This document shows positions 51,277-62,923 of a stretch of 64,000 nucleotides of DNA, piece after piece; within the stretch, counting starts at the first letter, position 1, and each line of letters starts with the position of its first letter. The stretch lies in the NCBI GenBank assembly GCA_973895155.1, contig OZ316891.1:8371875-8435874 (forward strand), read 5' to 3'. A program made the translations under genes and the position numbers. Origin of the DNA: Marsupella aquatica. Its lineage: Eukaryota > Plantae > Marchantiophyta. Below the pieces are notes generated by a model that saw only the letters and a list, made by a program, of their open reading frames with translations, was not told the origin of the DNA and ran no database searches.

Positions 51277-54100
51277 AACTCGTACATCCTAAAGTGTTCA
51301 TTTATCTTTACTGAACAATTTCACAATTAAGTCTAGGGTGAGATACATAGGCCCATATAATTGTGGTGACGCTAACTGATGTGTTCATCTGACTTTATTG
51401 AACAAGTTCACAATAAAGTATGGGTGAGATGCATAGGCCAATCGTCGGACCATCACAAACACCCATCATCTGGAAATTTGCAAGAGCGAGGTTTACATAC
51501 TTTAGTTAAGAAATGGAGGAGTTGTGACGTTGGGTTTCAAAAGTCAATAAATATGGTATCTCAGAGTGACAGGTTTTGCTCTGTTCAACTCGAACAGTCA
51601 GAATGTGACCATGGAATATCAAATTGAAATATACGACAGAAATCTTATTCATGCCCAAATATCTATACTTGAATTTTGGTTCATTGTGATCCATTCATCC
51701 AATAAGGCAACGTGGCCTATCCCCTGTCTCAGTCATATATAAGACACAATAATCTCGAAGGGAAGAGGACTTCACGAGTCACGCGAGTCATGTTGTCTTT
51801 TGTACAACGATCCACGTCCATGTCTGAATGCAATTCATCTCCATCCAATTAATGACCCAAGGGAGTGAGCCGAAAATCTCTCTTCGGGAATTGGGGCCAA
51901 TGCAGTCATCCAACAACGAAGAATCTTACCAAACAGAAACTAACCACAAAAGATAATCACACCCAACCCTATTTTTATCAGGGGAAACGCAATGTCATAT
52001 TGGCTCTTGAAATTTCTGACAAACGACAGTTGTCATTAAGTAGGTCGTGGGTACATACGGCAACTTGGATTGTGGCCTACATACAGTACTGTTCTGAGTG
52101 CACACTCATGGGAAGAAGCCAGGGCCTTGCACTTACATGTGGTACTACATGATAAGTGCAATTTGCACTTATAGATAGGTAACAGGATGATCCTTCTTGC
52201 TGCTATTATTCCTACCTTCAGTCATTCCTCTTTGTACTTATAAATAACAGTTCGACGTACAAGTTATTGCTCTACCCAGAACTGTGCATGTTCCCTTCAA
52301 AGAGCTTTGGACTTACACATTTGTTGTTTGTAAAGCCCTCTTTGCACTTCTAAACAGTGCAAAATGGTCCAAAAGAGAATGGAATGCCTTGCAATTAGCC
52401 ACGTTTTTCACCTGTGGAGTGTGCACTTAAATAGAGCCTACCTTGCTTGGGCACTTGCCCATCGCCTATTGCCCTTTACCTGCATTTTGCTCCCTCGAGT
52501 GCTCCTGGCCTTGCCTATCAACTTCAGAGTACACCTCAGTCCTTGGTGCATGAATCTGAAGTATCATTTCCATCACCAATGATCTCTCAATTTTTTCTAG
52601 TGAACAAGTCACGTGTGTTGTTGTCATTTTTTGTGGCATCGTTTGAACTCCTGGCTATGAATTCACCCTTCCCTTTTGCCTCCAACCCAATCAATCCATA
52701 CTCCTCTGCCCAACAGCCATTGAACTCAAGTACATTGTGCACTCCACTTTCATTTCAAAACGGCACAATTGAGTTTGTGGAAACTTGCGTCATTTTCCCT
52801 CCTGCCTCCATAGTGCCTTCACTAATATTTTTCATCTCCAATTGTTCATTTGACCCTCCCTTCCCTCTAGTTTGAATACACTCTCAGAGAAGCACCCATC
52901 ATCTATCCTGTTTCATGCTCAAAAGGTGGGGTTGAAGCAAACACTCTCTCTTCTGCTGACAGTTTGCAAGGACAACCTGAAACTACGTATATTGTTCCTG
53001 TGGTTCTAGCATTGGCCTGAATAATGGGACATACGAGAGCACAAAATTGATGGAATTATGGTCAACTTGTTGGAGGATTTTAGATTGTTCTACCTAATAC
53101 ATCATTAATTAGCTGGGATATGGGCGCTACCTGTGGATTGACTCCCCCATCTCAATACTGAAAGCACTGAAACATGCTTAGGTGTGCAACAAGAGCTCTG
53201 CCTCAATCATAAGAATCTGCTGCAGCAAGTTCTGGCATGCTACATAATCCTCCTCATCACCGCTGCCGCCCTTGATGGTATCTAGGTCACTCTGGAAAAA
53301 CAATATGATTGTCACCTCCATGGCTGTACCATCCATCTCTAACCTTCTGTTTGTTCTATCTCACAGGCTGAATCTCTTGGTCTTGCTCTGAATACAATCT
53401 CAGTCTTGCCAAGTGAAACTCCCAACCCTAATTGCTGTCTAAGCTGCTTGATGCCTTCACTTAATTTTTGCTCAATGTGCCTCGCTAATGGGTCATTGGA
53501 TGTGTACTACCCTGTTAATCAAAGGTATCCATTGTTCAAACCTGAGAACCGGGTCCAAGAATAGTGCCACACCCAGATGCACAAAAAATGCACAAGAAAA
53601 TGCACCCCGACTGCAACACATGTCCATGGTTCACTAACTTGACCATGATTTTTCAACTAACTTCAACATGGGGGACTTTGCAGATATGGACAGTTCACCC
53701 ATGATTTTTGAAAATCAATGATTCAAAGGAGGGTGACTTTTGGGATATCTCTAAAGTCAGATGGAAATTGGGGAAAGGATGCAGGATACATCTATGACAC
53801 CAACAGATCACCAACACAATGCTGTTTTTAAGTTCCCAAAATAGCTTTTAGGGCCCTTTTCGTTATGGTTGACTGGGCTCCAGCTGTATGGCAGCCTTCT
53901 AAAAAATGGTTATTTTTCTCCAGCCTGGCCTCACAATTTTGGGTAATACACACCCTCACAAAGAAGAAAGAATTTTTTGTTGGGTCAAAAGATAATAAGT
54001 GAGTACCATGGGCTCCTTATATGGAGAAATATTTAAATAACCACAAAAAGATTTAAGACTTTTAAAGTTTTATAGGACAAAGTTTTTGAGGTATATGCTT

Positions 54101-55268
54101 GATGGCCTTCATGTGTAACTTTCTTACCTGATGGGCAGGCCCTATAAAACTTTTTTGACCTAATAGGCCCCTTGCTACACTTTTGCATCAGTTGTTCTTC
54201 TAGCAATCACTCTGACCAAATTTTTCTTGATACAATGACCAACTATGTTTTCAAAAAACTTTGTGGTCAACCATGACTGTAAGGCAAACTTCACTGTCAA
54301 ACCCCACACCCAACCTTACATGGTAACAATGCGATTAGAGGAACCGTGGAATTGTGACCGCCGCTACCCAAACTGCAAAGTGAAGACAATATGGATTATG
54401 TCTTCAGATATGAACCGCGGATGCTACACAAACTGCGACGTGAAGACAATATGGATTATGTCTTCAGATATGAACCGCGGATGCTACACAACTGCGACGT
54501 GAAGTTAATATGGATTATTTATGTCTTTGGATCTGAACCGCGGACACTACATGAACTGCAAAGTGAAGACAATATGGATTATGTCTTCGAATTTGAATTT
54601 CACCTACTCCACACAAGGTTTTCTTGAGGTATTTGATTTGCGACTATCATTTTGGAGGACATGTGGGGTTGTTATGATCCTGGTACTTCCCCAAGTACTT
54701 CCACTAGCACTTTTTCTATCATTGGCCAGTGGGCACTTGTTTACTGTCACTAGGCACTAAAGAAGGCACTGGGCTTCAATCAACAACCTGAAGGTATTGA
54801 CAAAATCTGAGCATCAAGCATCGAAAAAAGCCCAATCATTGACAAAACCCAAGTGCTTCCCTTCCACAACACAAAGAATCAACAAGCGATGATTGTCAGG
54901 TAGCGGCGACAACCCTAAACCTGTCACAACACACGAATACATAAATGCTAAGTATATGTCTTCATGGCTAAACCCACCCCCACCCTATTCAGAACCCCAT
55001 TGTTGACTATGTTGTTAGTCACTCGATTGGGAGCATGGTTCATTATGGTGTGGACCATGGTGGACTAGATGTAACACACAATGTACAACATAGAGACAGT
55101 TTGTTGTGGTCAACTACACACTTTGGCACCTCACAAGAACAGTGAGTACGGCTCATTAAGAGGGGCCTATTAGGTAAAAATGTTTACTAGGGGCCTATTA
55201 GGTAAGAAAAGTTGGGTAGGGGCCATCAGGTAAGAAAGTTAGGTAAGAAAGTTAGGGGGAAAGTCCAT
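54101..55268. mobile_element. ~1.17-kb non-autonomous TIR element
   Basis: taactttcttacctgatgg..acctaataggcccc (54116-54171) is mirrored by ggggcctattaggtaa..ccatcaggtaagaaagtta (55162-55254). Confidence 0.7.
54371..54588. repeat. 60-bp minisatellite, ~3.6 copies, with an internal GAAGAC..GTCTTC hairpin
   Basis: Units start at 54371, 54431, ~54490 and ~54554. Confidence 0.93.
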
Positions 55269-56629
55269 GGGAAGCCCATCCCCAACAGCATTCAGCCCTG
55301 CCATAGAAATAGACCTAGAATAACTTCAACCTGCCATGCAGGAACAGAGAATTCTAATAATCATCATTGCCAACAACACGATGCTTAATTGCTGACAGAA
55401 CTACTCAAATCTGGAAACAAATCAACGTCGTTGCAGCAAATTTAGCCTACCATGACAATGCTTTGTTAACTAACATATTTTTGAAATTATGGGGACTAGT
55501 GGGGTCCGGGCCGACGGGCACTCCCTGCCCGTACTTCATGGAACCCTTCTCTAAATGACGAGCAATTGCACTAAAAGTGATCTTCCCAGGCTCCCACTAT
55601 GTCAGTGTAGCCACATACAGTCATACTAACATAGCCACATACTGACATGGTGTACCCGCATGCAGTCAATCTAACTTCATTGGGTACGCCCGAGCTAGTG
55701 GAGGCGGACTGGTGGCCTAATCCAAGTCAAAGAACACCAGAAAGCTCCACACACTTGGACGAACAGAAGTCAGGAGAGGCAAAGAGTTCGAAACAACAAT
55801 TAATTGTTACACTACAACAACATGTGCAGTAATTAAGTCGCTGTCTCTCCTCACGGCGACGGGGGGTCCACGCATCTGATTCCTGTTACAATAAAAGGCC
55901 CAGAATGTCGCACGGTGACCATGGGGCTGCGTGCGCATTTGGTACTGAGAATGCGGCACGGGTGATGGACGCCAACGAGCTTCCATGTCACAAATATCAG
56001 CACTACAATTTTAAACTTGCACATTGCATGGCCAGATGGCCTGGAAACCACTGGAAACCTTCCGCTACTTGTGAAGGAATAGAACATTAATACCAGACTG
56101 GACTGACCATGAAAATGGAATCTGTTGCATGATTTGCCCTTTTAGTACGTAAATCTATACTTTTGTATTGTAGTAAATTGAGAGATCTAAAATTGGACAG
56201 GTACCGGCAGTGTTCATTCACCAACCTTTGATTCAAAAGTGTGCCCTTGCACAATCACAAGCCTACCAACCCAATCGGCATGCTGTTCCCTATGGCACCT
56301 AAGAAATGAAGCTTCTGTCAGGCACTCAGGCAGCAATGTTTCTGTTTTCGTGCAAGCTCAATCTAATCTGTCGCAAAACGGCGTATCGCTCCGACTGTAG
56401 TCACTAAACCCCTCCAACTCTAAACCCTGATTTCGCTTCGGATCCCGTGGCGTCCACCGTTCTCCATCACCTACTATTATAATTAGAGTGACAGTGCATT
56501 TGCTCAGCTGTATATGCAAAATTTTGAAATAACTTCTTTAAAACTGTGACCACACGGCACACGTGGACTTCTGAGGAATTTGTAGGTTTCAGGAAGGAAG
56601 ACCACGTTTCTATTTTGACCGGCAGATTC

Positions 56630-57110
56630 AGTCCTGATGAATGCGTAAGCGGGGGAGGACAGAAAAATATAATACAATCGCAGATACAGTAGCGTCAGTA
56701 ATCTTTCCGGCTGCCTTGCACGGTACCCCTGGATGCATTCCCGGATATCTTACACGGATACGACCACGGAATTCTTTCCTGAATTGTATAGATTCCATTT
56801 TCTTTCGTGGCCCTTTATTAGTAAATTTGAACTCTTCACAGTGTAATGGCTTACGGTTGCGGAGAAAATGTTTGCGAGGGCTTGGGCTGCATGCTATGCC
56901 ATTGTCGTTCTCCATTTGGCAAACATCGGCGCCAATGCATGTCCTGCAAAGAAGCTTACTAATTTTTTTTCTGAGTACGAATGTAATCTTTCAAGGCAAA
57001 ATAATTACTTTCTTAGTCAGGAACCAACGTCCTCACTATCGACCACTCTGGCAACATGAATCGCACCATTGTGTAGCTTCATAAACTTTTGAAGAAATCA
57101 TTTTTTAAGT
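56630..57110 (-). mobile_element. Possible MULE transposase relic
   Basis: Broken reading KYLKNDFF..ESNYFALKDYIRTQKKISKLL..GVPCK is reminiscent of the MULE catalytic-Glu region and SWIM finger. Many stops. Confidence 0.25.
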
Positions 57111-58533
57111 ATTTGCACTAGCTATTTGTAGGAACTAACTCGTAAGGAAAGCATCTAAGGGACCTTGATAGTGATAGCGACAATCGGAGTCTATTTTCTG
57201 AGACCAATCATGGTGGATGATGAGACGTCTAAAACGGCCAAACTCGGAAGGTCTTCTAGGCAGCCATATTTCTCGAAGAACATGAAAGACCAAATTGATC
57301 CATATTTAAGGTCGCTCAAGTTTTTGGACATAAATATCCTGCTGCCTTTTAGTTACAAGTTTCTAAGGTATTCTCCGGAGCTGTCCGTCCGCGTGTTCTC
57401 TTAAAATTATGACTTTGGTCTCGAAGATAAGACATTGATAACTATACAATATGATTGCTCAAGCTTACTTCTGTTCAATTACTGCTAGCTTGCTGTTGTG
57501 CAAATTTGGCAGGGCAATCGGATTTTCCCTTTCTTTGTTAGATTTGTACGAGTAAATTGCGAACCCATAAAATATTGACCATCAAGTCAAATCTAAATCT
57601 ATGTAGCTCAATTCGTGCACAGTCACAAATGAAAGGTACTTTTCAATCTCAATCAATGCATGAATTCAGGCTTTCTATATAGTATAGTCATAGTACACTG
57701 CCCCAGGTCAGCCTGTAGGCACGTACAGGCTAGTCAACGACCTATCCTTGGTTCCTGCAGTGACTCATGTTGTCATGGTTGGAAAGAGAAGTTCAGCAGT
57801 TCGATGACCTGCTTTCGGTTTTCAAGGCAAAAAAAGAGAAGTTTTCAAGGCAAAAAAAGAGAAGTTCAGCAGTGCTGACTAAAGTTTTTCTCTTATGGAT
57901 TGGCGGTTGCACCCACCTCCTGCGGGCTTAAAATACAACGCCAAATCGTGTGGACTTCTTTGGTCATAACTATGTATAACTGCTGTCAGAGCACGACAGA
58001 AGTTAGAAGTGAGCGCCGCGCATTTTCAGTCATTGCAATACGACGTCATTCAAGAGTCTCAGCTTTCTACCTCAAGGGCTTTTGCCATCCGGACAAGTGT
58101 TCGGAGGAGCTCAAGAATCGTACTGAGTTTGGTAAGGAGAGTTGCAGGAATCCATTTCCACGAGCCTTGTACCCCATGTATTTATTTGGTGCAGCTTGAG
58201 CGCAATCCTGACTCGGCTACGCTAGAGGTTCATATGCACATTGAGACGGAACCGAAATTTCAACAGTGATACTTCTTGCTGGTCAGCGAGCGTGTTTTTA
58301 ATTGCGTCTTTTGTGTAGATAGTGTGAAGGGCAGACTTCCCGCATTGACCAATCTGCTCAAATTCTGCTTGCGATCCGAAAGCTTCAGTTCAAGTAGTGT
58401 GAAGGGCAGACTTTCGGCATTCACCAATCTGCTCAAATTCTGCTTGCGATCCAAAAGCTGCATAACTTGAACGTCAGAGTTGAGGTATACAAATTAACGC
58501 AGAAGCCAGGAGTAGTGCTTTACTGTCCAAATA

Positions 58534-59073
58534 ATGGCGTACATTTCGGCAAGTGGATCCAATACTAATCCCATCCGAGCAGTCAATGTGATAGCTGCAC
58601 TTTGGATTTGCTTTTTGCTTGCGACCCCTTCCAGCTTGTTGGTACTAGCTTATGGAAGACCTCCCGTCGGGCTGAGATTCTACGTGCACGAGAAAAGGAC
58701 GCCTCCGGCGTCTCTTGTACTCGTAGCTCCAGCGGCTGGGCCACTGACCGATGTGAAATGGGGAAGCATAATTGTCATCGACAATGACGTGAGAGAAACC
58801 AATGCCACGGACTCCAAGTACATCGGCAGGCAGCTTGGCAGCGTTGTGGTGGGCTCGGACAACATGACATTCTACGCCTCATTCACGTACCAACTCAACA
58901 CTACGGCTTACAAGGGGTGTCTGACTTTGGCCGGTATCACTCAGTCAGGCAAACTGGTCGTCACCGGTGGGACCGACTCCTTCAGCTTTGCTCGAGGTGT
59001 GGGATTTGTCCAGACGGTCTCTAACACTGCAACTGCTGCGGTTTACCAGTACACACTTCATCTGAAGTATTAG
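58534..59073 (+). CDS. Dirigent-like protein, secreted, 179 aa
   Basis: Hydrophobic N-terminus, LRFYVHE, WGSIIVIDNDVRET..SKYIGRQLG, YKGCLTLAG, LVVTGGTDSFSFARG. Confidence 0.92.
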   Translation: MAYISASGSNTNPIRAVNVIAALWICFLLATPSSLLVLAYGRPPVGLRFYVHEKRTPPASLVLVAPAAGPLTDVKWGSIIVIDNDVRETNATDSKYIGRQLGSVVVGSDNMTFYASFTYQLNTTAYKGCLTLAGITQSGKLVVTGGTDSFSFARGVGFVQTVSNTATAAVYQYTLHLKY

Positions 59074-59779
59074 CGAACAGCATACGGCTAACTGCCAATT
59101 GGTCAGAATATGTCAGCTGCTCTAAATGTTCTCATTCGAGTAGATCGACCCACATCCAATTTGGACCAATAATAGATACATTAGTTTACTTAGGGAGCGG
59201 TTTACACTTAGACGTTTCCTAGCTATTTTCGAGGACAACTGATGTGAGTGCAGCGGGTAGCGCGCCTCCTAATTTTGTTTTCTTCAATTTTCACCATGCG
59301 CGCCACCCTCAAATTTCAGCGGGTTTAGAGTGCATCGGAGTGTAACGCTTGACTTGGGCAGTGAACTTGGAAGCATAAATAATTATTTCATTCTCTCTGG
59401 TAATTTGTGTACGAGCTAGCTCTGCAATCTTTGTTCACATCTCGTGCTGGCTAGTGCTTTAGCTCGCATTGTTGACAGCTACTCACAGATGGACGCATAT
59501 CGCACATCACAGTCACGGATACTTACACACTCGATCAAGGAAGGAGTCAGTGATCTTAAGTAACGGTCCTACAACAACGCACGTCGGCCTTGCCAACCAA
59601 GTGCCGTGAGAACTAGTGCAATAATGTGAAAGCTGATTCTCGCCGTAAATGTTGTTCGGCCGGCAATTGAAGAATGACAAAATGATATAGTGAGATTCCT
59701 TCTACGACAAATACAATGGATCTGAGCTCACAGTTTTGCTCTCGCTGATGGGAAGTACGGTCAGATTTGTTACCGGCAT

Positions 59780-59833
59780 ATCCAGGAAAATCATTTCTGT
59801 CTTTAATATCCTTCTTGGATTAGATGGTCGGCT
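59780..59833 (-). pseudogene. Possible start of a fifth, decayed NIF unit
   Basis: CTGTACAG acceptor, then SRPSNPRRILKTEMIFLDM (compare LVIFDLN, LIVLDVE). A decayed palindrome lies 43 nt upstream. Homology is lost shortly afterwards. Confidence 0.35.
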
Positions 59834-59905
59834 CTGTACAGATTAAGGAGCATGTTTTCATGGGTAAGCCTTGTTTATCCATATGGATGCATCCCACTGA
59901 ATTAT

Positions 59906-60640
59906 CTATTCAACTATGCTTTTATTTAACTTCCCTATCATATGTACGTGGCTTGCCATACCTCTCAATGCATTGGTTTCCCCAAATTGTATGATTATAC
60001 TTAAAATTTCTATAAAGATATTGACCAACTCTAGTATTCGTTTCCATTGGCAAAGACAATCACGTCAAAAGATTTTGTTGCTTTAAATTCTAAGATACAG
60101 AATCAGCAAATTGTTGGATGACCCAAATATTTGAGTGGAAATTATGACCTGAAAAAATGATCTAAGCAAAAATGGTATGCATCCGTGCCAGACAAGAATT
60201 ATATTTTGTTAGATACAACTTTGTATTATTTTCCATAGTATCAAAGGACTTCAAAAGGCTCGGTTTATTTGAGATTGCCCTGACCCATAACTCAGTGGCA
60301 AAGAGACTAATCCCCAATATACTTCAAAGAAGTCATTTCCCTTGTAGTCAAACTAGATGCTAAAATCTGATCTAACAGGTGCTTTGCAATACATCGTAGT
60401 CAAACTAGATGCTAAAATTTGATCTAACAGGTGCTTTGCAATACATAGTAGTCAAACTAGATGCTAAAATTTGATCTAACAGGTGCTTTGCAATACAGGA
60501 CCAGATCACTACATCAAAAGACTAAGAGATTCTCAACATGAATTTCACTTGAGACCGCCATTACTCAAGAATGTGATGCCATGTAACACGATAGATGCCC
60601 CACATCTAAAACTACGAGCTTGATTGCTCTGTTGCAAGGT
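59906..60640 (-). pseudogene. Decayed NIF/FCP1-like unit 4, paralog of unit 3
   Basis: CNRAIKLVVLDVGHLSCYMASHS*VMAVSSEI..FDVVIWSCIAKHLLDQILASSLTTREMTSLKY aligns with unit 3. VFANGNEY*SWSI..TIWE aligns with the unit 2 C-terminus. Stops, frameshifts, a deletion and a 52-bp triplication are present. Confidence 0.85.
60344..60497. repeat. 52-bp tandem triplication inside the NIF pseudogene
   Basis: gtagtcaaactagatgctaaaat(c/t)tgatctaacaggtgctttgcaataca at 60344, 60396 and 60448. Confidence 0.95.
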
Positions 60641-60693
60641 CTTTGAAGCAAAAACACAAAAAGAGATCAATGAGACCATCCAGATATTCACTC

Positions 60694-60709
60694 ACGCTAA
60701 CGGTTGTGT
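60694..60709. promoter_or_regulatory. Decayed palindrome copy 4, ACGCTA-acgg-TTGTGT
   Basis: Same position relative to unit 4. Two of the three changes are CpG>TpG transitions. Confidence 0.5.
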
Positions 60710-60737
60710 CACACAAATCTTTCCCAAATGAGATATA

Positions 60738-61734
60738 CACTACAACACAATGACCCTCTATTGCGAAACACCCTCCCTCGCATGCAACAAAGGAAACTAT
60801 ATTGACCAACTCCTTGTTGTGAAACGTCGCGCATCTCAACGCCTTCGCTCTTTTCCATGCGCACAACTTTGCAAATGGGCCTTCGCAAGTGCTTCGCACT
60901 TTGCGATTAGTTACACATCGCAACGGTGCGATGCCATCATTTTCGCAATATTTGTGAAGCAAGCACTTTGGGCGCGTTTGCGATTTGACGAGAAACGCTA
61001 ATGTAGCGATAGTAAAATGATCGCCAGATTGCGGCAAACAACATATCGGTAGATTGCGAGCAACATTGTCTCTCAATAAAGCGATATGTTTATATTCGCT
61101 ATATTTGCAAAATTAAACACATCTCAAATGTGCGGAAATCATGTGTTCGCATATTTGCGATACAAATAAGTTTGCAAAGTTTGCGACGATGAGTGTTTAG
61201 AAAGGTTTGCGATGGTATTGTTTTGGCTATTTGAGATGGCAGCTGGTTCTCAAGGGTTTCGCAAAAGGTATGTTTGAAGTATTAGGGTATAATAGGGTTT
61301 AGTGGTTTAGGGAGACAATTCATACAGTTGAAGGAGGGAGAAAAGGATGTAGGTAGACCGGAATGCCACAATTAAAATGGCATTACTCAAAAATTACAAA
61401 AGTTACAAAATGGAAGGGTAAGAACCCTTCTAAGCTAAAAGTTGCATGTCCATGCTAATCCCTATACATGTGAACTACCTAAGTCTCTAGGGTAATCTAG
61501 GCACCTATCTAGATAGAGCTAGAAAGGAGAGTTCTTGCCCCTCCTTGACTTCTTCCCCTTGGCCTTCTCCTTGCCCTTGCATGCTCTTGGGGAGGGGGGA
61601 CCAGGACCTCCTCCTCCTCTTGGTCTTCCTCCTCATCCTCATCCCCATCCCCATCACCATCCCCATCCCCTACCGCACTACCACTTGCAGCACCAGTGGA
61701 GTGTGCTGATGCCACAATGGAGTGTGCTGATGCC
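60738..61734 (-). mobile_element. CACTA (En/Spm) transposon end with subterminal repeats and an acidic ORF tail
   Basis: CACTACAACACAA starts at 60738 (flank ATA). About 500 bp of direct and inverted TCGCA/TTTGCGA motifs follow, then a low-complexity ORF end (GDGDGDGDEDEEEDQEEEE..ARRRPRGR, 61509-61736). The other TIR is not in the window. Confidence 0.85.
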
Positions 61735-62004
61735 ATACTTAAATGAGGCCATTTCCATCGCAGTAAAAATAGATGCTAAAATCTGATCTAAAAGGTTCTT
61801 CCCAAGAGAGGACCAGATCCCTACATCGAAATTCTCAAAACAGAATCTCAAGAATTCGTGAAGATGAGGCCTTGGAAAAATGTATATATTCCCAATCCGA
61901 ATTCCAGTTGAGACCGCCATCAGTCGGGAATGCGGTGCAGTGTAACAGAGTAGATGCTCCACGTCTAAAACTATGAGCCCGTTTTCTCTGCTGCAATGAA
62001 TCTC
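61735..62004 (-). CDS. NIF/FCP1-like unit 3, 3'-truncated exon
   Basis: Acceptor TTTCTCTACAG|GAG, phase 0. LIVLDVEHLLC, IFPRPHLHEFLRFCFENFDVGIWSS. Breaks after MASFKY into unrelated sequence. Confidence 0.8.
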
Positions 62005-62050
62005 CTGTAGAGAAACACAAGAAGATGCATGAGCCCGTATGGATGTAGTC

Positions 62051-62066
62051 ACGCGAATGGTCGCGT
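62051..62066. promoter_or_regulatory. Palindrome copy 3, ACGCGA-atgg-TCGCGT
   Basis: 46 nt upstream of the unit 3 exon. Confidence 0.6.
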
Positions 62067-62090
62067 CACATATTACAAAGAAAACATCCT

Positions 62091-62798
62091 CTACACTCTG
62101 GCCATTGATAAGTGACATCTGTTGAAGTGCTTGATAAGAACTTGATCCGCATGTCTCTGCACGTACAGATGCTCCCATATATCCTCGTTCAGATCCCAAT
62201 CTCGATGTAGATTTCTAATCGACCAGATGGGATAATCGAACTTGTTAGCGAACGCAAGACAAAGCCCTGAATTTGATAGCTTTCGTAAATATGGAATGAG
62301 GTCATCCCTCAAAAAGACATCATCCAACGATCCTTGAAACGACTTAGCGAACAATAATCCGCATACAGCTGTCTGGCATGTATGGGAAGGACAGGCATCA
62401 ATCTGGATTATATTCTCTGGTCCATAATCTTGAAACATATCACGTAGTCTCTCGATAGATTTGAAGACAACAGTCTTATAATTTTTCTTCACATAACCAA
62501 GATTCCAGCAATGATCCCGCGTGAACACATATATCAGCTGTGACAGGTCGGTGCTCGACAACACTTCTGAAAGTATCTGATAAACCAGTTTATCGTCAAG
62601 AATAGACCAGACCATCACATCAAAATGATCATAAGAGAATTTTATAAGATCATGAAGAAGCGGCCTCGGAACGACACATAGAGATCCGATACGAATTCCG
62701 GGTGCCGACTTGAGCTGAGGAGTATATTTTGAAACAGAGCACAGGAAGTTTTCCAGTCCTAAAACTAGAAGTTGACGCGATCTGCTCCACTTAGACAC
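62091..62798 (-). CDS. NIF/FCP1-like unit 2 (exon, no own ATG start), probable pseudophosphatase
   Basis: Acceptor ATTTACAG|GTG, phase 0; 235 open codons. LLVLGLENFLC, VVPRPLLHDLIKFSYDHFDVMVWS, VFKSIERL, YGPENIIQIDACP. Confidence 0.85.
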   Translation of the reverse strand: MSKWSRSRQLLVLGLENFLCSVSKYTPQLKSAPGIRIGSLCVVPRPLLHDLIKFSYDHFDVMVWSILDDKLVYQILSEVLSSTDLSQLIYVFTRDHCWNLGYVKKNYKTVVFKSIERLRDMFQDYGPENIIQIDACPSHTCQTAVCGLLFAKSFQGSLDDVFLRDDLIPYLRKLSNSGLCLAFANKFDYPIWSIRNLHRDWDLNEDIWEHLYVQRHADQVLIKHFNRCHLSMARV

Positions 62799-62845
62799 CT
62801 GTAAATGAACAATTCGATTCTCATATTATGCAATTGCAAACAACC

Positions 62846-62861
62846 ACGCGACCGGGCGCGT
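62846..62861. promoter_or_regulatory. Palindrome copy 2, ACGCGA-ccgg-GCGCGT
   Basis: 47 nt upstream of the unit 2 exon, in otherwise AT-rich sequence. Confidence 0.6.
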
Positions 62862-62923
62862 CACTCCCAAAAGTTCAATTTCAATCAATTTATAAATAAT
62901 AATTGATAATAAACAATAAATGT

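Noticed and set aside
52000-53550. Possible decayed transposase with Cys-rich patches
   Set aside because: Too degenerate to assign.
54371-54588. CRISPR-like palindromic repeats
   Set aside because: The sequence between hairpins is also repeated, so this is a minisatellite.
60612-61076. 154-aa ORF
   Set aside because: Chance reading across CACTA subterminal repeats and the unit 4 spacer.
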